DNA from: Cyanobacteriota bacterium
GTDB taxonomy: Bacteria > Cyanobacteriota > Cyanobacteriia > Cyanobacteriales > Nostocaceae
NCBI GenBank assembly: GCA_046045965.1
Contig: JBJOKS010000045.1
Location: 1 to 24,930 of the forward strand
DNA length: 24,930 nt
Direction of reading: 5' to 3'
Shown: positions 1 to 7,493 of the stretch, piece after piece
Layout: every line of letters starts with the position of its first letter
How positions within the stretch are numbered: position 1 is the stretch's first letter
The notes under the pieces: generated by a model
What the model was told of the DNA's origin: nothing
Database searches by the model: none
The model's input: the letters and a program-made list of their open reading frames with translations, nothing else
Translations under genes and position numbers: made by a program

Positions 1-18
1 TTTTTTGCTGGTTGTCAT
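1..18 (-). CDS. possible 5' end of a gene leaving the window (MTTSKK...)
   Basis: ATG at 18-16 on minus preceded by purine-rich GAGAG; only 6 codons visible. Confidence 0.25.
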
Positions 19-322
19 GGCTGCTCTCAATTGCTCAATTACTTGTCTAGATTGAGTTTCCCATGTTTTTGACCACTACAAATACCACCCTTGACAATTT
101 CCCTTTTTCCTTAACTTGTCACTAATGGGCTGTACCCCATCTACAGTACCAAGATTGCTAATGATTTCCGTCGCTCACGGTATATAACAACAATCAAGGG
201 CATGAATTTTTATCAAGGTGCTTTATTTGCTTATATCACTGTTGATTCTCAGAATAACTCATCATCCTGGGAGATAATTAATCTCACCTCTTTAAAGCAA
301 GAAATAGAAAATGCTAAATTAT

Positions 323-505
323 TATAGCAATCCTAAATCTTTCATGAGAAATTGCGTAGTTCAAGAAAGATATTTTTAATACCCTATAAAATTTTGTTTG
401 GTGGTTTAAGTGCTATATTTAGCGTAATTCATGGGAAGATTATTAGTTATATAAAACACACAAATTAATACCGTGTTTTCTCACATTTCAATTAGGATTG
501 CTATA
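323..505. mobile_element. MITE with TATAG...CTATA ends (IS630-family-like, non-autonomous)
   Basis: Imperfect terminal inverted repeats TATAGCAATCCTAAAT..TGAGAAA / TTTCTCA..ATTAGGATTGCTATA; related ends at 9876-10032 and 24245-24341; no transposase. Confidence 0.7.
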
Positions 506-652
506 GCTAATTAATTTCTTGGAGGATAGGGTGCGATTAGCAGAAGTTAAACACGCTCATTTAATTAAGGTAAGATGTCTGTAGTTTTTCTAAAATTGCC
601 TTGTGCATTTGTTTAGCTTCTTGACTGGTTTTTTCTTGGGGGATGGAATGAG

Positions 653-681
653 GCGTTAGCGTAGCTTACCATAGGTATCAC
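653..681. repeat. degenerate small dispersed repeat inserted in a HIP1-like site
   Basis: GCGTT + 21-nt AGCGTAGCTTACCATAGGTAT (hairpins AGC-GTA-GCT and TACC-ATA-GGTA) + CAC; same layout as the insertion at 11071-11094. Confidence 0.55.
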
Positions 682-685
682 TATT

Positions 686-1828
686 TCAAACATTTGAATG
701 AACATCTTGAAGCGCCCGGCGTGCTAATTTAACATAAGTTTTAACTGTGGTGTATGGTATTTCTAAATCTTGGGCTATGATTTGTAATGATTCTCCCATT
801 TCTCTTCTTGCTAAAATTGTCGCCCAGGTTGTGGCTATTTTTTCCGTGCGATCGCCTCCTGTGCGTTTCCTTTGTGCTGTGAATATTTCTGTTAGTTGTT
901 CTATGCGTTCTGGTAATAAATTAGTTGTAATTTCTGTAGATATATTTGATGTTGGTTCTATCCATTCTAAGCTAGTTTGCCCTAGTCCAAAGGTGGTTTT
1001 ATGTCCCGTGCCACAATAGGGAGCAAGTTGTAATAAAGCATAAAATAACTGAGTAAATTCGATATTAGCTAAGGCGGTTTTTGCTAACCCTAGAGAAATT
1101 GCCCCTGTAAAACCTGTGACTGAACCCCGTTTACCTGCGGCGACTTTGACAGATTCTAAACTGTGTTTATGAATGATAACGTTTTCATCTATCCATTCTA
1201 AAAAAGCATCTTGTTCTACTGGCATTCCTGAAAAATCATTCCAACGTCTGAGGTAACTATGAAAAAGATTTATGGGAACTGGAAGCGGAAAATGATGTCC
1301 TTTACGGCGAAAACTGGTAGGTGAAATAAAACTCAGATTAATGTTATGATGTTTTTGGGTGGATGATGCTAAAATTTGATTGTAAGTAGTTGGTGGGTTA
1401 ATAATATTTATTTGTTTGATTTGTAATTCGGCATCTCTTAAATTTATGGTTGATGGTAGTTGGGTTAACCATTGATTTAAAAACTCAACTACTGGCTGAG
1501 AAAAAACGTTAACATACCAATGATAGGTATTATTTGCTTGTAATTGCAGTTGTTTACCTGTGGGAACTAATTGACCTTCTAAAGCTGAAATATTAAAGGG
1601 TTTTTCTGATTCACCATCATGTAAATATGCTGAAAGTGTGGGGTTAATTTGGCGTACTTGATCCAAAAACCAAGCATGAAGTCCAATGGTATATTGTGAA
1701 TATAAAGATACGGAAGTAACTGGTTCTAAGTCAAATACTAAACCAATTAATTCGGTATTTTCTGACCATTCCAAAGGTGTGTTTTTTACTGGGTTTTTTC
1801 GTCTGTTAGATACTGCTGCTCTTGGCAT
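686..1828 (-). CDS. cas6: CRISPR-associated endoribonuclease Cas6 with C-terminal HTH extension
   Basis: GLHAWFLD, KPFNIS, FISPTSFR, GFTG and Gly-rich loop GTGHKTTFGLG; ~95 extra residues ending in GESLQIIAQDLEIPYTTVKTYVKLARRAL; adjacent to the array. Confidence 0.93.
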   Translation of the reverse strand: MPRAAVSNRRKNPVKNTPLEWSENTELIGLVFDLEPVTSVSLYSQYTIGLHAWFLDQVRQINPTLSAYLHDGESEKPFNISALEGQLVPTGKQLQLQANNTYHWYVNVFSQPVVEFLNQWLTQLPSTINLRDAELQIKQINIINPPTTYNQILASSTQKHHNINLSFISPTSFRRKGHHFPLPVPINLFHSYLRRWNDFSGMPVEQDAFLEWIDENVIIHKHSLESVKVAAGKRGSVTGFTGAISLGLAKTALANIEFTQLFYALLQLAPYCGTGHKTTFGLGQTSLEWIEPTSNISTEITTNLLPERIEQLTEIFTAQRKRTGGDRTEKIATTWATILARREMGESLQIIAQDLEIPYTTVKTYVKLARRALQDVHSNV

Positions 1829-1865
1829 TTTAGCTATATTCTGTGATGATTATTGATTCTACTCT

Positions 1866-1902
1866 CTTTTAGTCCCCTTGTGGGGATGTATTATGATTGG
1901 GT
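1866..1902 (-). repeat. degenerate terminal CRISPR repeat
   Basis: Minus strand ...CCAATCATAATACATCCCCACAAGGGGACTAAAAG vs consensus GTTTCCAATTACCTAATCCCCGCAAGGGGACTGAAAC; hairpin TCCCC/GGGGA retained. Confidence 0.75.
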
Positions 1903-1922
1903 TTGTGTTGGCGATCGCTCTT

Positions 1923-4905
1923 GTTTTAGTCCCCTTGCGGGGATTAGGTAATTGGAAACCTTCCTAGCCTTGTCGCATCAAACGGAAGTTTCAAGTTTCA
2001 GTCCCCTTGCGGGGATTAGGTAATTGGAAACTGGGACAGCGGGGACAGTGGAATTTCCACTTTCTAAATGTTTCAGTCCCCTTGCGGGGATTAGGTAATT
2101 GGAAACATTCCTCCTATTTCGTTCATCCTTTCCTCGTATTCTCGTTTCAGTCCCCTTGCGGGGATTAGGTAATTGGAAACGTTCCTGGGAATGCCCTGAT
2201 TTTTCTCTAAGTGTTTTTAGGTTTCAGTCCCCTTGCGGGGATTAGGTAATTGGAAACCTCACTGATAGACAGAGAAGCTACTATGAGGTCTCAGGTTTCA
2301 GTCCCCTTGCGGGGATTAGGTAATTGGAAACTATTAAGAATGTGATTGGTAGTAGACCTACTATGGAACTGTTTCAGTCCCCTTGCGGGGATTAGGTAAT
2401 TGGAAACTCCAAGTCTTGCGAGTACCGTTAGGCAGAAGGCTAAAAGTTTCAGTCCCCTTGCGGGGATTAGGTAATTGGAAACCCCTTTTTTGATTTCTCC
2501 CTTCTCTTTTCTTCTGTAGTTTCAGTCCCCTTGCGGGGATTAGGTAATTGGAAACTAGCAGCATTAAACAGTCTTGTGTTAAATAGTTTTGTTTGTTTCA
2601 GTCCCCTTGCGGGGATTAGGTAATTGGAAACGATCTAATTTGTTCCTCGGTGTATTGCCCCTCAAAAGTTTCAGTCCCCTTGCGGGGATTAGGTAATTGG
2701 AAACTTACCCTATCACCTAAAGACCTTCTAATCATCCAAAAAGGGTTTCAGTCCCCTTGCGGGGATTAGGTAATTGGAAACAAAGGTTGCCACTGCCTTT
2801 GCATGGTTCGCCTACAAGTTTCAGTCCCCTTGCGGGGATTAGGTAATTGGAAACGTCGTTGGACCAGTTCCATTAGCTAATGTCACAGTAGTTTCAGTCC
2901 CCTTGCGGGGATTAGGTAATTGGAAACATTCATAGCACCAATGGTACATTTCCAGCAACTCGTGTTTCAGTCCCCTTGCGGGGATTAGGTAATTGGAAAC
3001 AACTGAATCCCAAATATAATAAGCGAAGAGAAAAACGTTTCAGTCCCCTTGCGGGGATTAGGTAATTGGAAACTTTGCAACTTTGGATGGACAGCAAGTA
3101 GAAGTTCCCGATGGGTTTCAGTCCCCTTGCGGGGATTAGGTAATTGGAAACGTGAATCACCTTCTCAAAAGCAAGCTGCGCGATCGGTTTCAGTCCCCTT
3201 GCGGGGATTAGGTAATTGGAAACAAAATATCACCCTTTGTAAAGTTGACTTTTAATTAGGTTTCAGTCCCCTTGCGGGGATTAGGTAATTGGAAACGATA
3301 ACTAATTTCCTTACTAATCAATAATCTTCTGTTTCAGTCCCCTTGCGGGGATTAGGTAATTGGAAACGAGACAAAAGGAACTTTTTTTTGCAATCCATAA
3401 AAGTTTCAGTCCCCTTGCGGGGATTAGGTAATTGGAAACATATTCAGCCTTGCCTTCAGTATATGGGTGCTTGCGGTTTCAGTCCCCTTGCGGGGATTAG
3501 GTAATTGGAAACATAGCTTGCTGGCTACGAATTCCACAAAAATTCATTGTTTCAGTCCCCTTGCGGGGATTAGGTAATTGGAAACCGCCTAACTGACCTC
3601 TAAGCTCTTCGGCAGAAACTTGTTTCAGTCCCCTTGCGGGGATTAGGTAATTGGAAACTCTGGGGTCAATTTGTAAGTTAAGGAGAAGGCTGAATGTTAG
3701 GTTTCAGTCCCCTTGCGGGGATTAGGTAATTGGAAACTCCAAATCCAGGCAGAACAGGGAAGCAGTCAGCAGCGTTTCAGTCCCCTTGCGGGGATTAGGT
3801 AATTGGAAACAAATCGGGGTTCTGTTGCGCCAATTTTCGCACATCAGGTTTCAGTCCCCTTGCGGGGATTAGGTAATTGGAAACCTGATAAATTTGAAGC
3901 TGCTTTTAATAAGTGATGTGGTTTCAGTCCCCTTGCGGGGATTAGGTAATTGGAAACTTATAAGCTCATTCCCGGCAAGTTTACTTAATACTTGTAAGTT
4001 TCAGTCCCCTTGCGGGGATTAGGTAATTGGAAACGTTCCTGCTGGTTTGACTTTGCAGGATTTAGATCGCGTTTCAGTCCCCTTGCGGGGATTAGGTAAT
4101 TGGAAACGATTTTTTTAGCGTCCTCTACAGTAATAGGGTATAGTTTCAGTCCCCTTGCGGGGATTAGGTAATTGGAAACGGAAGAGACAAAAGGAACTTT
4201 TTGCGATCCATAAAAGTTTCAGTCCCCTTGCGGGGATTAGGTAATTGGAAACTTTATCTCTTTTTCTTTAATTTCTCCTGCTTTTGCGTTTCAGTCCCCT
4301 TGCGGGGATTAGGTAATTGGAAACACTTCCTGGGCATAGCTCCCCTTATGCTCCTAGCGCGTTTCAGTCCCCTTGCGGGGATTAGGTAATTGGAAACCTA
4401 CGAATCCCCAAATTTATTGCAAAATCCATATAAGTTTCAGTCCCCTTGCGGGGATTAGGTAATTGGAAACAATTAGCAGGGTTACAGCACCCCGTCGAGC
4501 TCGTTAGTTTCAGTCCCCTTGCGGGGATTAGGTAATTGGAAACGGCATCATGGGACAGTGGGACAGTGGAAAAATTTTGTTTCAGTCCCCTTGCGGGGAT
4601 TAGGTAATTGGAAACCATCGAAACCTCCCAGACTTCCCAACCTTTGCCACGTTTCAGTCCCCTTGCGGGGATTAGGTAATTGGAAACTATCTGTGGAAAT
4701 TTTGCGAATTAAGCCCGGTGAACTGTTTCAGTCCCCTTGCGGGGATTAGGTAATTGGAAACATTTTGCATGGCTTGAATTAATGTTTGACCAATGTGTTT
4801 CAGTCCCCTTGCGGGGATTAGGTAATTGGAAACAATAACCAGGGCTTTTCCCAAGGGAAGTTTTTCATGTTTCAGTCCCCTTGCGGGGATTAGGTAATTG
4901 GAAAC
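1923..4905 (-). CRISPR. CRISPR array, 41 repeats / 40 spacers
   Basis: 37-nt repeat GTTTCCAATTACCTAATCCCCGCAAGGGGACTGAAAC (minus), spacers 34-42 nt; only the 1923 copy carries a substitution. Orientation from the 3' ACTGAAAC handle, the degenerate end at left and the leader at right. Confidence 0.99.
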
Positions 4906-5100
4906 CCCGCCATCTGAAACACAGTCTAGGAGCAGACTGTAGGGGGGATTTTGGCAGACCTCTCAAAAAACCTCATTTCAGGATTCGGGTCAACTGCCAA
5001 CTGAAACTAACAAAACGCTGAAAGTATTTAATTGTCAAGGTTCTGGCGATTTGGCGAATCTCCAGGGTTTTTGACCCCGCTCTAGGTTTGCCAAATTTAT
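4906..5100 (-). promoter_or_regulatory. CRISPR leader
   Basis: Non-coding, abuts the non-degenerate array end; contains related motifs ATTTTGGCAGACCT, ATTTGGCGAATCT and inverted AGGTTTGCCAAAT, typical of cyanobacterial leaders. Confidence 0.8.
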
Positions 5101-5561
5101 CTTTATATAAGAGTAAAATTTAACCAGTAACTTGTCAAGATTTACTGTATTACAAATATTTAAGTGTTAGATTGACCAATTGAGTCAATTATATCTGATA
5201 TAGCCCTATTTCCTTGACAATATCGGCTGTAACTTTCTGTCTTAAATCATAGGGTAAGAGAATTTCTACCTTCGGTCGCCATGCTCGTAAACGCATAGTT
5301 ACATTGTGATCACCATGTCGGTACTGAAGACTGTAGTAAGCATCCTTTGGTGAACGATTTGCCATAACCTTTAATATAATAATTCTGTTTTTTGTTCTGA
5401 ATTAATTACAGAGTTTTTAATCAAGCCTTTCGCTTTTGAGTAGTCAATTAATTTAAAAATTTCATGTCGAAAGGTATCCTGAATGTAGTAGTCATGATAA
5501 TCTAGTTTAAGTGGTAGTAACATCTACATCTATTGAGAGTGAAGGGTATCAAACAGTGGCA

Positions 5562-6431
5562 ATGGAAGTAAAAATTCAAACTCTCACTCCAATCTGGACA
5601 GGCGGTATTGAGGCCGGAAAGTGCGATCGCATTCACGAAACCGGACTGCTTGGTAGTCTGCGTTGGTGGATGGAGGTTCTGGTACGCGGGATGGGGGGTG
5701 TGGTCTGTGATCCTACGGCTGAAAAATCACAAGATCGCAGCAGCCTAGATACTGAAAAATTTCATGCCAAGAAGTATCGTGAATTGCAAAATGAAGTTGA
5801 GCGACGTAAATACTTACGCGATGCGGGACTTTGCGATGTCTCGCAAATTTTTGGCGCGACTGGATGGAAACGTCAGTTTCGGCTGGAAGTCGAAGAAAAA
5901 AATACATCAACTATTCAAATTGAGGATAAATATGCAAAAAGTCGTTCCTTAACGGCAATAAAAGGTAAATTCACTATCAAAATTCAGGGCTTAAACCCAA
6001 CTTTTGATCCACAAATTATTGGTGGTTTAATTCAGTTTATTGCTGATTATTCAACATTAGGAGCGCGTCCTCGAATGGGTTTTGGTGTGATTAAGATTGA
6101 GGGTGATCGCATCCCTATGCAGCCACTTTATAATTGGCTCATTGGTACATCTGGATATAAAAAATATGAAAATTTACCTTCATTAAATAATATTTTAATG
6201 GCAAAAATACAGCCTAAAAATTTAAGTTTTGATGACAAAGGCATAAAGCACGATCTGAGACAACTGTTGAGGACAAATGAAGACAAGCCAGAGGTTAAAA
6301 GCAGTAAACCCATTCTAAAAAAAGATAAAAAGAAGAATCAGTTAGCAGAAGAGAAAAATTCAGTTCCACGAAATCAAAAAGATGCTCAAGTATTTTTACG
6401 TAGCTTATTAGGATTATCAGAGGATATGTAA
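5562..6431 (+). CDS. cmr1: type III RAMP protein Cmr1 (Cas7 group)
   Basis: MEVKIQTLTPIWTGG, ETGLLGSLRWW, SQIFGATG, Gly loop LGARPRMGFG; start moved from GTG 5511 to ATG 5562. Confidence 0.85.
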   Translation: MEVKIQTLTPIWTGGIEAGKCDRIHETGLLGSLRWWMEVLVRGMGGVVCDPTAEKSQDRSSLDTEKFHAKKYRELQNEVERRKYLRDAGLCDVSQIFGATGWKRQFRLEVEEKNTSTIQIEDKYAKSRSLTAIKGKFTIKIQGLNPTFDPQIIGGLIQFIADYSTLGARPRMGFGVIKIEGDRIPMQPLYNWLIGTSGYKKYENLPSLNNILMAKIQPKNLSFDDKGIKHDLRQLLRTNEDKPEVKSSKPILKKDKKKNQLAEEKNSVPRNQKDAQVFLRSLLGLSEDM

Positions 6432-7493
6432 ATGCAATATGAATATTCAGCTACTCAAGACTTTTGGCTGCAAGAAGCTATGTTTGCTAAAGATAAAAAA
6501 AATTATTTACCACAATGGCGAAAGCATTATGAAACAAGCGATCGCAGTCTAGTTGATCAGTTTGATTTTATTCCTAATTCTTCTGATGCTCTCAATAATT
6601 TACCAGCACTCAGTTTCATACTGCGTGTACCGTTCAAACTAAAAAAACCCTATTTGAGTAAAGACGATCGCTCTTTCCATTTACTTGATAATCCAGTACG
6701 GAAAGACAAGGTATTTAAAACTCCTATGGTTTCCTCTACAAGCTGGAAAGGAGCTTTAAGAGCAGCATTATGGCAGTTAGGACATAAAGAAGAAAATGAG
6801 CAAATTATTCGGCTATTTGGTAATGAGCGTGAGCAGGAAGATCATAAAAAACTGAAATCAGGACGGCTCTATTTTTATCCAACTTTCTTTGATAAGATTG
6901 ACAAACAGAAACAGCTAGAAGTAATTAATCCCCATGATCGCAAAAAAGGAACTTCTGCGCGGGGTCCCATTTATTTAGAATGTGTTCCCAAAAATTCTAC
7001 AGGTGAACTTGTTATTTTATATGTCCCTTTTGGGACGGTAGAAAAAAGCCAAGTTATTGAAGATTTGGAACTGGTTGTACAGGGAGTAAAAGAGATGCTC
7101 ACGGTTTATGGTTTTGGAGCAAAGACTAGTAGTGGTTTTGGAATTGTGGAGGATCAACTTGACAGTCAGGGAGAGTTAGCAATTCGGGGTGATATACCAG
7201 AGTTAAAGAAAAAATTAGAATTTCTCAATGATGATGGGACTTTAAAACAAGAGTTTGTCAACAACGATGGAAGTTTTAGAACTGAGTCACAATATAAAAA
7301 ATCCCTTCAAAAACAAAATATTTCACACAACCCGAAACTTTATAAGGAAGCTAAACAATGGTATGAGGAAAATAAACAGAAAATTGGGTCTAGCTCAGAT
7401 TTTATGACAGAAGTTCGTTTCAATAAATTGAGTGAGTTAGGCGATCGCGCCAAGGAAATAGCAGTGCATTTATGTAATGGAGTTCAAGTATGA
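6432..7493 (+). CDS. cmr6: RAMP superfamily protein, Cmr6-like (Cas7 group)
   Basis: SSTSWKGALRAA, RLFG, INPH, GFGAKTSSGFG; position between cmr1 and csx11 matches III-C gene order. Confidence 0.75.
   Translation: MQYEYSATQDFWLQEAMFAKDKKNYLPQWRKHYETSDRSLVDQFDFIPNSSDALNNLPALSFILRVPFKLKKPYLSKDDRSFHLLDNPVRKDKVFKTPMVSSTSWKGALRAALWQLGHKEENEQIIRLFGNEREQEDHKKLKSGRLYFYPTFFDKIDKQKQLEVINPHDRKKGTSARGPIYLECVPKNSTGELVILYVPFGTVEKSQVIEDLELVVQGVKEMLTVYGFGAKTSSGFGIVEDQLDSQGELAIRGDIPELKKKLEFLNDDGTLKQEFVNNDGSFRTESQYKKSLQKQNISHNPKLYKEAKQWYEENKQKIGSSSDFMTEVRFNKLSELGDRAKEIAVHLCNGVQV

Noticed and set aside
747..1019. 90-aa ORF antisense to cas6, and similar shadow ORFs over cmr1, alkA, BASS, vapC, sulfatase, SNF2 and SWIM
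   Set aside because: They overlap well-supported genes and show no recognisable motifs
1911..1922. 12-nt match of the terminal spacer (AAGAGCGATCGC) to 24830-24841 as self-targeting
   Set aside because: Eight of the 12 nt are the over-represented HIP1 octamer, so the match is expected by chance
4398..4433. Spacer ending TTGCAAAATCCATATAA as a third member of the 3368/4180 pair
   Set aside because: Similarity is limited to a short AT-rich end and the rest is unrelated
2361..4749. Short ORFs in the ORF track inside the array
   Set aside because: They are translations of repeats and spacers (VSVPLRGLGNWK / FQLPNPRKGTET), not genes
6429..6434. cmr1 and cmr6-like ORFs in the same frame (TAA-ATG) as one gene broken by a nonsense mutation
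   Set aside because: Each has its own RAMP motifs and Gly loop, and an AGGA RBS precedes the second ATG; this is normal operon coupling
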